37,785 bases of DNA. Source: an uncultured Christensenella sp. Lineage in GTDB: Bacteria; Bacillota; Clostridia; Christensenellales; CAG-138. Made by a program: the position numbers and the translations under genes. Shown here piece after piece: positions 16,991 through 25,796 of the stretch; the stretch's first letter is position 1, and each line of letters starts with the position of its first letter. A model generated the notes under the pieces. The model ran no database searches. It had not been told where the DNA came from and worked only from the letters and a program-made list of their open reading frames with translations. Location: contig CAYPEV010000003.1 in the NCBI GenBank assembly GCA_964409605.1, forward strand, positions 1-37,785, in the 5' to 3' direction.

Positions 16991-18643
16991 TTAAACGATG
17001 GGATAGTATCGCATGCCAAAGCGGATCAGGTCGATTATGCCAAGCGTATTGACGCAGGCGAGTGCGGCGACGGCGAGCGCCGCAAGTCCGGCGCGCAGCT
17101 TGGGCCGGCGGGACAAAACGCGCTGGAAAAGCATGTACAAAAGCGCGGCAAACGCCCAGAAGAAATAGAGCGTATAGAGCACCATCCCGTTTTCGGAAGC
17201 GCCCCAGCCAATCAAAAACAGCAGCACGAGCGAAAACCCCGCCCAGAGCGAGAACACACGCATGCGCGCGTCTTTGCGATACAGAACCGCGCTGACGGCG
17301 GCCAGCAGCAAAAGCGCAAATCCGGGCCAGTTGATGCTGGTTGCTGCATGCATCTGATAGGACGCGTGCGCATAGGCCGCAAGGTCGATTCCCGCGGCCG
17401 GCCGCGCGAAGCACGCGGAGACGAACGAGAGATATTGCAGCGCGCGCGCGGCAAAGCCGACGCCGCCCGCAAACGACGAGATATCCCGCGCGGTCTCAAC
17501 GGCGCGGTTTAAAAGCGGTACGCGGCCAAACAAAATGAATACCGCGAGGAACGAAAGCCCCGCCGAAACCAGTGCGCGGAGTCGCTTTTGCGCGTTTTTT
17601 TCGTCAAAGAGCAGCGGGAAGAACGCGCCGCTGGTGAGCAGAGATCCACTCGCCGCGACGAAGAGCATCGTGCGCGGTTCCTCTTTTTCCTGCCAGGCAT
17701 ACAGAAGAACAATCACCCAGAACACGGAGAAAGCGTATTGTTCAAACGCAAGCGCAAACAGCAGCGTGGGGTAAGAGACCGCGAGCAAGAAGAGAAACAG
17801 CAGCCGATCCGCACCTTGCAGCTTCAGCACGCGCGCAAGCAGCGTAAAGCAGAAGAGCATCAGCAGCACCTGCAGCGAGGCGAGCGCGAGCGCATATGCA
17901 TGCGGCACGAAGAACAGGAGCTTCGAAAGCAGCATCGCAACCGCGGAAAACGGCATTGAAAACACCGCGAACATCGGCTGGCGGATGTCGTTTTCATACG
18001 CGTTGACGAAGAGATACGCGTTTGTGGAGATCAGATTGCCGGAGTCCGTGGTGTAGACGACATCATACGGCTTGGCGCCGTAAAACGCGTTGGTGCTGTT
18101 GTAGGCAAGCGTGATCGCGACGATGGCAAGCGCGGTACCGATCAGCACAAAGAGCCGCTCTGCGCGGCAGGAACCGGCAAGCCAGCGCCGCGCGAAGCGC
18201 ACCGCCCAATCGCAGAACAGATAGAACCACACAAACAGCGCAAACAACGCGCAGAGGCAGACAAGAACTGGCAGCGCCGCGCTTGCTGCGCCCGCGAGAA
18301 AGGACAGCGGAGAGGCTTCGAGAAACGGGACGATGACCTCCTCCGCCGTTGCGGCGAACACCGGGCGGTAGAAGAGCGCGACGGAGAACGCTAGCACGGC
18401 GCCACAGATCAGCGCAAGCGGCGATTTCGAGGCGAGTGCGGTCTGCGGCAGGTCAAAGCGAAACGCGAGGACCAGGCAGACGACAAGCGAAAGGAAGACG
18501 CCCGCGCCGATAAAGAGGAGGGAGCCTCCCTGCGACAGCAGGAGCGTCATCGCCGCGCCGGACAGCGCGAAAAACAGCTTAAGGGCGGTCGAGCCGCCTT
18601 GTTTCGCGGGCGTCGCGGCGGTTTGCGCGCTGGTATGTTCCAT
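16991..18643 (-). CDS. Large polytopic membrane protein, putative GT-C-type glycosyltransferase (function from context only)
   Basis: About 551 aa with more than 12 hydrophobic segments. I chose the start at the ATG 18643 (MEHTSAQ) behind GGGAGAGAAG rather than the ORF-track start at 18736. It lies immediately upstream of, and on the same strand as, the UbiA-type gene. Confidence 0.45.
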   Translation of the reverse strand: MEHTSAQTAATPAKQGGSTALKLFFALSGAAMTLLLSQGGSLLFIGAGVFLSLVVCLVLAFRFDLPQTALASKSPLALICGAVLAFSVALFYRPVFAATAEEVIVPFLEASPLSFLAGAASAALPVLVCLCALFALFVWFYLFCDWAVRFARRWLAGSCRAERLFVLIGTALAIVAITLAYNSTNAFYGAKPYDVVYTTDSGNLISTNAYLFVNAYENDIRQPMFAVFSMPFSAVAMLLSKLLFFVPHAYALALASLQVLLMLFCFTLLARVLKLQGADRLLFLFLLAVSYPTLLFALAFEQYAFSVFWVIVLLYAWQEKEEPRTMLFVAASGSLLTSGAFFPLLFDEKNAQKRLRALVSAGLSFLAVFILFGRVPLLNRAVETARDISSFAGGVGFAARALQYLSFVSACFARPAAGIDLAAYAHASYQMHAATSINWPGFALLLLAAVSAVLYRKDARMRVFSLWAGFSLVLLFLIGWGASENGMVLYTLYFFWAFAALLYMLFQRVLSRRPKLRAGLAALAVAALACVNTLGIIDLIRFGMRYYPIV

Positions 18644-18931
18644 CTTCTCTCCCGATACAGTCGATCTATTTTTTTCGCGAAAATATGGAGCTGCTTGAAC
18701 CAAACGGAATCGTTTTGCCGCATGGATCGCGAACAAAATTATGTTTCATTATAACAATCGCCGGAAGGAATGTAAACTCAAGCTGCGGAAAGCGGCCGCT
18801 TGATCCTCATTTGAGATTGGCTATTCTATCCGCAAAATAAAAATGTTAAAATAAGCTATCCAATGTCAAAACGGGATGCATTTCATTTCCGGGGTCATGA
18901 TGAAAAGATCGTTCGAGGGGAGGGTGGTCGT

Positions 18932-21376
18932 ATGCAGATCGCCTTGAATCTGGTGCTGAACACCACTCTGCTGCTCTCCATCTGCATTATATTCAATCTG
19001 TTTTATCAAAAACTGCACGCGCAAAGCATCCTGCATCGCGCGCTCGGCGGGGTCATACTCGGCATTGCGGGCATTGTGATCGTCACGATCGCCATTCGAT
19101 TGCCCGACAACGTCATCTTCGATACGCGTTCGATCCTCCTGAGCGTCTCCGGGCTGTTTTACGGCGTGGTGCCGACCGCGATCGCCGCGGTGATCGTCGT
19201 GCTGTATCGCGTCTATGTCGGCGGCCCCGGCATGGCCGTGGGCATCGCTGTGACGCTTTCTTCCGCTGCGATCGGCATCCTCTGGCGCGCGCTTCGGAAA
19301 AATACGGAGCGGATGCGCCATATTGAATTTTACCTGTTCGGTCTTTTGATCCACATCGTCATGATGGTGTGCATGCTGTTTCTGCCGGCCGATATCATGC
19401 TCTCGACCGTGCGTTCCATCGCGCTGCCGGTCTTGACGATCTATCCGCTCGGCACGCTCGTCATGTGCCTGATCATCACCTATGAGAGCAGGAGCCTGAA
19501 TACGGAGAAGCTCTTGAGCGCCAGCGAGATCCGTTTCCAAAGGGTCTGCGAACAGGCGCCGGTGGGCATCATCGTGGAAACCGATAACGTGGTGAGCTAT
19601 GTAAACGCGGCGTTTGCGCGCATACTCGGTATGACGCAGGAGCAGATTAAGCGCGTCAGCTGGAAATCATATACGCATCCCGACGATCTGGATAAGGACC
19701 ACACATTGTTCAAGCAGATGTTGAACGGAGACATCGACAACTATGACCTGATCAAGCGATATGTCCGGCCGGATGGGGAAGTTGTCCGCGTGCATCTGTA
19801 TGTGGGGATCCTGAATCGCGCAAACTCCCTGAAAGAAAGCGATTATATCTGCATTGCGCAGGACATTACGCGCGATTTCGACCGCGAGCAGGAGCTTTTG
19901 GAGAGCGAGAGAAGACACCGCGAAACCTCCGGCTTTTTGACCACCATGCTCGACACCATACCGGATCACATCTTCTATAAAAACAGTAACAGCGTCTATC
20001 TGGGCTGCAACCACGCATATGAGCTGGCTTCCGGTATCACGAAGTCGCGCCTGGTCGGCAAGACCGACTACGATATCTATGACCGTGATACGGCGGATCT
20101 GTTTGTCGGCAAGGATGAACAGGTGCTGCAAAGCCGGCAGGAACACCGCACGGAGGAAACGATCGTCTACCCTGACGGGCACATGCTGATTACGGAGACG
20201 CTCAAAACTCCGTTCTTCACCGAAGACGGCGAGCTGGCCGGGCTCATCGGCATCAGCCGCGACATTACAGACCGCAAGAAAAAGGAAGACAAGATCGCCT
20301 ACCTGAGCATTCACGACGTGATGACCGGCCTCTTTAGCCGGATGTATTTCGATACGGAGCTCTATCGGCTGGACGCAGCGAACGATCTGCCGTATTCCGT
20401 CATCACCGGAGACATCAACGCGCTCAAACTCACCAACGACCTGTTCGGGCACAACGAAGGCGACAAGCTCATCATGGAGACCGCGACGCTGCTCAAGGCG
20501 TGCTGCGGGCAGGGCATCGTCGCGCGGACGGGCGGAGACGAGTTTTCCGTTTTGCTGCCCAAGACGGGGGAAGCGGAGGTCGTCCGCATCGTGGCGTCGA
20601 TTCATCAGGCCTTTGAAGAGCAGAAGTGCCAACCGCGCGAACAGAACTTCTTTCTGAGCATCTCGCTGGGGTACGCGACAAAAACGAGGGAGGAGCAGAC
20701 CATCGGCGAACTTCTGAAAACAGCGGAAGAGCACATGTACCGGAAAAAATTGCTGGAGCATCAGAGCATTCGCAGCACGCTGCTCACCACCATCAAGGAG
20801 CTTCTGTTCTCCAAGAGCAACGAAACGATGGATCACGCGGAGCGCATGGCGCAGCTTGCGCGGCACATGGGCACGCAGCTCGCGCTGGGAGAAACGGATC
20901 TCGTCTCGCTTGAACTCATGGCGACGCTGCACGACATCGGCAAGATTGGCATCAGCAACAGCGTGCTCAGCAAGCCGGGCAAGCTGGAGGAGATCGAATG
21001 GACGGAGATCAGGCGGCATCCGGAGATCGGCTATCGCATCGCGCTGACCATTCCGGAACTGCAGGGCATCGCGGGATATATCCTCTGTCATCATGAACGC
21101 TGGGACGGAACAGGATATCCGCAGGGGCTGAAGGGCGAGGAGATCCCGTATATCGCGCGGATCATCGCCGTCATCGACGCATATGACGCAATGACGCAGG
21201 ATCGCCCGTATCGCAAAGGGATGAGCGGCGAAGACGCGGCAGATGAACTCATCCGGCATGCGGGATCGCAGTTTGACCCCGCTGTCTCGCGTGTGTTTGT
21301 CGAGCGTGTGCTGGAACGCCCGTTTTTGCTTGCGCGGGATGCTGCGGAACAAGCGAAGGAAAAAGGGGACGCATAA
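18932..21376 (+). CDS. Membrane sensor c-di-GMP enzyme: 5TMR-LYT + 2 PAS + GGDEF + HD-GYP
   Basis: A 5TM LytS/YhcK-type N-terminus (FDTRSILLSVSGLFYG..YRVYVGGPG). Two PAS blocks. RTGGDEFSVL, an intact GGDEF motif. HDIGKIG..HHERWDGTGYP, the HD-GYP signature. The start is at the ATG 18932 after GAGGGGAGGG. Confidence 0.85.
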   Translation: MQIALNLVLNTTLLLSICIIFNLFYQKLHAQSILHRALGGVILGIAGIVIVTIAIRLPDNVIFDTRSILLSVSGLFYGVVPTAIAAVIVVLYRVYVGGPGMAVGIAVTLSSAAIGILWRALRKNTERMRHIEFYLFGLLIHIVMMVCMLFLPADIMLSTVRSIALPVLTIYPLGTLVMCLIITYESRSLNTEKLLSASEIRFQRVCEQAPVGIIVETDNVVSYVNAAFARILGMTQEQIKRVSWKSYTHPDDLDKDHTLFKQMLNGDIDNYDLIKRYVRPDGEVVRVHLYVGILNRANSLKESDYICIAQDITRDFDREQELLESERRHRETSGFLTTMLDTIPDHIFYKNSNSVYLGCNHAYELASGITKSRLVGKTDYDIYDRDTADLFVGKDEQVLQSRQEHRTEETIVYPDGHMLITETLKTPFFTEDGELAGLIGISRDITDRKKKEDKIAYLSIHDVMTGLFSRMYFDTELYRLDAANDLPYSVITGDINALKLTNDLFGHNEGDKLIMETATLLKACCGQGIVARTGGDEFSVLLPKTGEAEVVRIVASIHQAFEEQKCQPREQNFFLSISLGYATKTREEQTIGELLKTAEEHMYRKKLLEHQSIRSTLLTTIKELLFSKSNETMDHAERMAQLARHMGTQLALGETDLVSLELMATLHDIGKIGISNSVLSKPGKLEEIEWTEIRRHPEIGYRIALTIPELQGIAGYILCHHERWDGTGYPQGLKGEEIPYIARIIAVIDAYDAMTQDRPYRKGMSGEDAADELIRHAGSQFDPAVSRVFVERVLERPFLLARDAAEQAKEKGDA

Positions 21377-21379
21377 CGC

Positions 21380-22423
21380 ATGCCGCTGGAAATTGTACGG
21401 GATGATATCACGCATATGCGCGTGGACGCGATCGTAAACGCGGCAAACGAGCGACTCGCGATGGGCGGCGGCGTTTGCGGGGCGATCTTTGCGGCGGCGG
21501 GGCCGGAGCGGCTCGCAAAAGCCTGCGCGAGGATCGGATTGTGCAAAACGGGAGACGCGGTCATCACCGGCGGCTTTGCGCTTCCCGCAAAGCACATCAT
21601 ACATGCGGTCGGCCCCGTCTGGCAGGGCGGCGGCTCGGGTGAAACGGAACTGCTCGGCGCCTGCTATGATAGCGCACTTCTGCTTGCACACCGCAGGAAC
21701 ATCCGGAGTATCGCCTTTCCGCTGATCTCGTCCGGTATCTATGGCGTTCCGAAGGACATCGCGCTGCGGGTTGCGACCGCGCATATCGGCGCTTTTTTAC
21801 AGACCCACGAGATGGATGTGTTTCTTGTGGTGTTTGACCGCGCGTCGTATCAGATCGGTGAACAGCTGTTTCACGCGATCCGCGCGTTTATCGACGACCG
21901 ATACGCCGAGAAGACCGCGGCGCTCTATGCGAGGCGAGACGCGTTATCCCGCCCGACGGACGTTGAAACACTTGCGCTCGACGCCGCATACACACGGCCT
22001 GCCCCGGCGAAGAGAACGGAGCCGATGGCCGCGCCCTGCGCCGCACCCTCGCGGGAAACGTTGGATCGCATGCTGCGGCGCGCGGGCGAAAGCTTCAGCG
22101 AGCGGCTGCTGCGCCTTGTCGACGAGCGCGGCATGACCGACCCGGAGGTGTACCGCCGCGCGAATATCGACCGGAGGCTGTTTTCCAAGATCCGCGCGAG
22201 GCGGGACTACCGCCCGACGAAAAACACGGCGCTTGCTCTGGCGATCGCGCTGCGGCTGAATCTCGACGACACGGCGGATCTGCTCCGCCGTGCGGGCTAT
22301 GCGCTCTCCCCGAGCGACCGCGCGGATCTGATCGTGGAATACTTCCTGCGCGCAGGCAACTACAATATCTTTGAGATCAACGAAGCGCTGTTTGCGTTTG
22401 ACGAAAGCCTGTTGGGGTCCTGA
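21380..22423 (+). CDS. Macrodomain (MacroD/YmdB-like ADP-ribose binding/hydrolase) fused to a C-terminal helix-turn-helix domain
   Basis: VNAANERLAMGGGVCGAIFAAAG, IIHAVGP and FPLISSGIYGVP are macrodomain motifs. The C-terminus (GMTDPEVYRRANIDRRLFSKIRARRDYRPTKNTALALAIAL) is XRE-like HTH. The start lies 3 nt after the upstream stop. Confidence 0.8.
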   Translation: MPLEIVRDDITHMRVDAIVNAANERLAMGGGVCGAIFAAAGPERLAKACARIGLCKTGDAVITGGFALPAKHIIHAVGPVWQGGGSGETELLGACYDSALLLAHRRNIRSIAFPLISSGIYGVPKDIALRVATAHIGAFLQTHEMDVFLVVFDRASYQIGEQLFHAIRAFIDDRYAEKTAALYARRDALSRPTDVETLALDAAYTRPAPAKRTEPMAAPCAAPSRETLDRMLRRAGESFSERLLRLVDERGMTDPEVYRRANIDRRLFSKIRARRDYRPTKNTALALAIALRLNLDDTADLLRRAGYALSPSDRADLIVEYFLRAGNYNIFEINEALFAFDESLLGS

Positions 22424-22495
22424 GACTGCGCATGGAACCGTCATTGCGCCGCTGCGCGGCGCGCAGAAACACACAAATCCGCCCGCACGTAAATT

Positions 22496-22520
22496 GTCGC
22501 CTCCGAGGCGACTTTTTTTT
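22496..22520 (+). terminator. Intrinsic terminator after the macro-HTH gene
   Basis: GUCGCC-UCCGA-GGCGAC followed by U8. Confidence 0.75.
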
Positions 22521-22580
22521 GCGCGATATCTGCTATTGTAACCCTGACGGCAACAGAGCAAACCGAAATGGGCCAACAAA

Positions 22581-22604
22581 GAAGATCATATTGAAGATCA
22601 TATT
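22581..22604 (+). repeat. Perfect 12-bp tandem duplication immediately upstream of the vWA RBS
   Basis: GAAGATCATATT occurs twice in tandem, followed by CAGGAGGAGACAGAACGATG. Confidence 0.9.
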
Positions 22605-22621
22605 CAGGAGGAGACAGAACG

Positions 22622-23275
22622 ATGAAACAAGGTTTGACGGAACTCGTGTTTATCCTCGATCGATCCGGCTCGATGGGCGGGCTTGTGAGCGACACCATCG
22701 GCGGATTCAACGGACTGCTGGAAAAGCAAAAACAGGAGCAGGGCGAGTGCGTGGTGACCACCGTACTCTTCGACGACAAATATGAACTCCTGCACGACAG
22801 AATCCCGCTGCCCGCGGTCAACCCGATTACGCACAAGGAATATTATGTGCGCGGCATGACCGCGCTTTTGGACGCCATCGGCCTGACGCTGGAAAAGATA
22901 CGCAGTGCGCAGGCGAACACGGCGGAGAACGGGCGCGCAGAGAAGGTGCTGTTCGTCATCATCACGGACGGAATGGAAAACGCCAGCCGCGAATATCGCA
23001 TCGATCGCGTCAAGGAGCTGATCGAGCGGCAGAAGCGGGAAGCCGGATGGGAGTTTCTCTTCCTTGGCGCGAACATTGACGCGATCTCGGTGGCCGCGGG
23101 GTTTGGGATCACCGCCGACCGTGCGGTGACCTACCGCGCGGATGCCGCGGGGACAAGGCTAAACTATGACGTAGTAAGTGACACGGTGGCCTGCATGCGC
23201 TCGGGCATGCCGCTCTCCGTGGACTGGAAGGAACGCATCGAAAAGGACGAAAAGGAACGCAAAAGGGACAGATAA
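22622..23275 (+). CDS. von Willebrand factor A (vWA) domain protein, cytoplasmic, 217 aa
   Basis: MIDAS motif DRSGSM, then T (GMTAL) and D (IITDGMEN). No signal peptide is present. Confidence 0.8.
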   Translation: MKQGLTELVFILDRSGSMGGLVSDTIGGFNGLLEKQKQEQGECVVTTVLFDDKYELLHDRIPLPAVNPITHKEYYVRGMTALLDAIGLTLEKIRSAQANTAENGRAEKVLFVIITDGMENASREYRIDRVKELIERQKREAGWEFLFLGANIDAISVAAGFGITADRAVTYRADAAGTRLNYDVVSDTVACMRSGMPLSVDWKERIEKDEKERKRDR

Positions 23276-23333
23276 GACACGGACTGTGCGGCGTATGCCC
23301 GAACGGCTCCGCAGCAAAGGCAATGGGTTTCAG

Positions 23334-23366
23334 GCCGGACGAAGCAATTCGCGTCCGGCTTTCTTT
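23334..23366 (+). terminator. Intrinsic terminator after the vWA gene
   Basis: GCCGGACG-AAGCAAUUCG-CGUCCGGC followed by UUUCUUU. Confidence 0.7.
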
Positions 23367-23431
23367 ACACTTGGGATATGCCATATTTGATTTGAATTTG
23401 ATGATTCGGACATTAATTTTACAATTGGTGA

Positions 23432-23459
23432 TTGAATTTGTGACATTGTATCGTATAAT
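23432..23459 (+). promoter_or_regulatory. Promoter of the cotH-VTC-DUF4956 operon
   Basis: TTGAAT, a 16 nt spacer, then TATAAT, preceded by an AT-rich UP-like tract. Confidence 0.65.
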
Positions 23460-23475
23460 GCTTTGAGGGGTTTTC

Positions 23476-25032
23476 ATGCTCAAAAAAACTGTCGCTGTCA
23501 TTACGGTTCTATTGCTTTGCTGCGCCCTCGCCCTTATCGTTCACGGCGAAGGCTGCTTGATCGCGCGCGAGCAGGATCTGATGCTGGGAAACCTGAAAAG
23601 CCTTGATTCTGCGGAGGTTTTGGCGCTCAAGCAAGAAAGAAAAGTGAGCGACAGGGCGTTTTTATCGCTGTCCTACGGCGGCTTTGATCTGCCGGTTTAT
23701 GACGAGGCAAGCGGCACCTCTCTTTTTTGTAAACAGATGTCCAATCAAATCACCGTCGGCAAAAACATCTCCTGTGAGATCGGATCAATCGCCGATGAAA
23801 GCGGCGTCACCATTTTGGCATACGATCGGGTAAGCTTTCGAACGTATCGCGTGGAATGGACGACGCTGCCGATCATTTGCCTGCAACCCGTCGGACTGCC
23901 GCTTGCAAAATCGATCGATCGCGACCTGCACCGGGGGATTGTGACGACGTTTGACAGCGAGACGGGCGAGGCCCGGCAGCGAATGGCGTTGCTTCGCACG
24001 CGCGGGAATTCAAGCATGCAATACCCCAAAGCAGCATACCTGATGAAGTTCGTCGATTTGAAAACCGGCGGCGAAGAGAGCGCCTCTCTGCTGGGGCTAT
24101 CGGAAAACACGGAATATGCGCTGAACTCCCTGTATGAGGACGGAACAAAGATCCGCGATTTCGCCTCCCTTTCCTTATGGAATGCGATCCGCGGCGACGC
24201 ACGGGACACGGCGCGCCTGTACGCGATCGATTTCGTCTACGCGGAGGTGTTTGTCGGCGGCGTATATGCGGGGCTTTATGGTTTTCAGGAAAGCACCAAC
24301 CTTGCGTCGTTCGGCTTGGCAAACACCGGGAATATAAGCCTGTTTAATCCGGATTCGCATCGTATCCCGCAGATGGATACGCTGCCCGCATCCGGTGAGG
24401 AGTGGGACGAAATCAATCTGGAAGAAACGACGCAGGAGGAACCCTGGACGTTTCTTGGCAGCGCGCTGGAGAACATGTTCTATCGCGAGGGAGACGATTT
24501 CCAATCGGAACTATTTCAATCGTTCGATCGGGACAGTTTCGTAGACTATACGATCTGGTGCAATCTTCTGTATGCCAGCGACAATCTTTGGAAAAACATG
24601 CTGTTGCTTGCGGACCAGCGCGACCCCGCAAACGGGAAGATCTTTCCCGTTCCATGGGACAGCGACCAGTCGTTCGGTCTGATTTGGGACGGATCCATGC
24701 CGCTTCAGGTTTATGAGGATGCCGCGCGGGCAGACCAGCCGCTGCCCGAAGCGGGACCGCTGCCGCTGGGCAAGATTTGGGAGTATGACGTCGACGGCTT
24801 CCGCCACGAGGTTGCCGCGCGCTGGTTTTCGCTCCGCGAGGGCCTGCTGCGGGAGGATGTGCTGCTGGCAAGCCTCGACGCTGCCTTTGAGCGCGTAACG
24901 CAAAGCGGCGCGCGCGAAAGGGACGCGCTGCGATGGCCGCAGAGCCCGGTGTATATGGACAATTCGTTCATCGAATTGTTCATGCATCGGAGGCTGATGT
25001 ACCTGGACGAGTATTATGCGGTTTATCGGTAA
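23476..25032 (+). CDS. cotH: CotH family protein (atypical kinase fold) with N-terminal signal/anchor
   Basis: Signal-like N-terminus MLKKTVAVITVLLLCCALALIVHG. CotH-type core LRTRGNSSMQYPKAAYLMKF..EYALNSLYEDGTKIRDF..YAEVFVGGVYAGLYGF..WKNMLL..PWDSDQSFG. Confidence 0.75.
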   Translation: MLKKTVAVITVLLLCCALALIVHGEGCLIAREQDLMLGNLKSLDSAEVLALKQERKVSDRAFLSLSYGGFDLPVYDEASGTSLFCKQMSNQITVGKNISCEIGSIADESGVTILAYDRVSFRTYRVEWTTLPIICLQPVGLPLAKSIDRDLHRGIVTTFDSETGEARQRMALLRTRGNSSMQYPKAAYLMKFVDLKTGGEESASLLGLSENTEYALNSLYEDGTKIRDFASLSLWNAIRGDARDTARLYAIDFVYAEVFVGGVYAGLYGFQESTNLASFGLANTGNISLFNPDSHRIPQMDTLPASGEEWDEINLEETTQEEPWTFLGSALENMFYREGDDFQSELFQSFDRDSFVDYTIWCNLLYASDNLWKNMLLLADQRDPANGKIFPVPWDSDQSFGLIWDGSMPLQVYEDAARADQPLPEAGPLPLGKIWEYDVDGFRHEVAARWFSLREGLLREDVLLASLDAAFERVTQSGARERDALRWPQSPVYMDNSFIELFMHRRLMYLDEYYAVYR

Positions 25033-25100
25033 GAGGATTTCATTCACAGAACGGTCGACCCGGGCACAGAGACGAGCAAACGGAAAGCGGACAAACACGG

Positions 25101-25796
25101 ATGGATGAATTTCGCAGCGAACACAAGTTCATTTGCACGCAGGGGCAGCTGGAGATCATCAAGGCGCGGCTTTCTCCCGTGTTGCGGCAGGACGCGCACC
25201 AAAACGGCGCATGCTACCGTATCCGCAGCCTCTATTTTGACGACGCGGACGATACCGCGTTTTTCGGCAACGACGCGGGCACGGATGCACGGCGAAAATT
25301 CCGGCTGCGCGTATATGAAAACACGCGGGACGGCGCACGCCTGGAGATCAAACACAAGCTGCGTGGCGGTACAAAAAAGGATTCCTGCTTCGTTTCCGCC
25401 GCGCTGTGCGAATCGCTCCTGCGCGGCGAGGCGCCAGCCTGGCGGGAGGATCTTGCGCAGCCGCTGAAGGAGCTGTTTCAGGAGATGCGCTTAGGCGGTC
25501 TCACCCCGAAGATCATCGTGGAATATGAACGCAGCGCATTTGTCTGCGCCGCGGGCAACGTCCGCGTGACGCTGGATCGAAACATTGCCTATTCGTGCGA
25601 GACGACGCGCTTTTTGGAGGATTCGATTCCGCTTGTCCCCGTGCTTCCGGCAGGTCTCAACCTGCTGGAGGTGAAGTACGATGCGTTTATTCCGGACTAT
25701 ATCCTGCAACTTCTGGAAACAGGAGACTTAACCCGCACAACGTTTTCAAAATTTTATCTGGCGGCCTTAGCGCAAAGGGGAGAGTATTTATGGTAA
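25101..25796 (+). CDS. VTC-domain (polyphosphate polymerase tunnel domain) protein
   Basis: YRIRSLYFDD, RRKFRLRVYE, LEIKHKLRG, VRVTLDRN and LLEVKYD match the beta-tunnel basic/acidic pattern of PF09359. The start is at the ATG 25101; the ORF-track start at 24933 would overlap cotH. Confidence 0.75.
   Translation: MDEFRSEHKFICTQGQLEIIKARLSPVLRQDAHQNGACYRIRSLYFDDADDTAFFGNDAGTDARRKFRLRVYENTRDGARLEIKHKLRGGTKKDSCFVSAALCESLLRGEAPAWREDLAQPLKELFQEMRLGGLTPKIIVEYERSAFVCAAGNVRVTLDRNIAYSCETTRFLEDSIPLVPVLPAGLNLLEVKYDAFIPDYILQLLETGDLTRTTFSKFYLAALAQRGEYLW

Noticed and set aside
19667-21784. 705-aa minus-strand ORF, the longest alternative ORF in the window
   Set aside because: It lies antisense to the GGDEF/HD-GYP and macrodomain genes, has Arg/Ala-rich composition and shows no domain signature. 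The sense-strand proteins carry multiple exact catalytic motifs.
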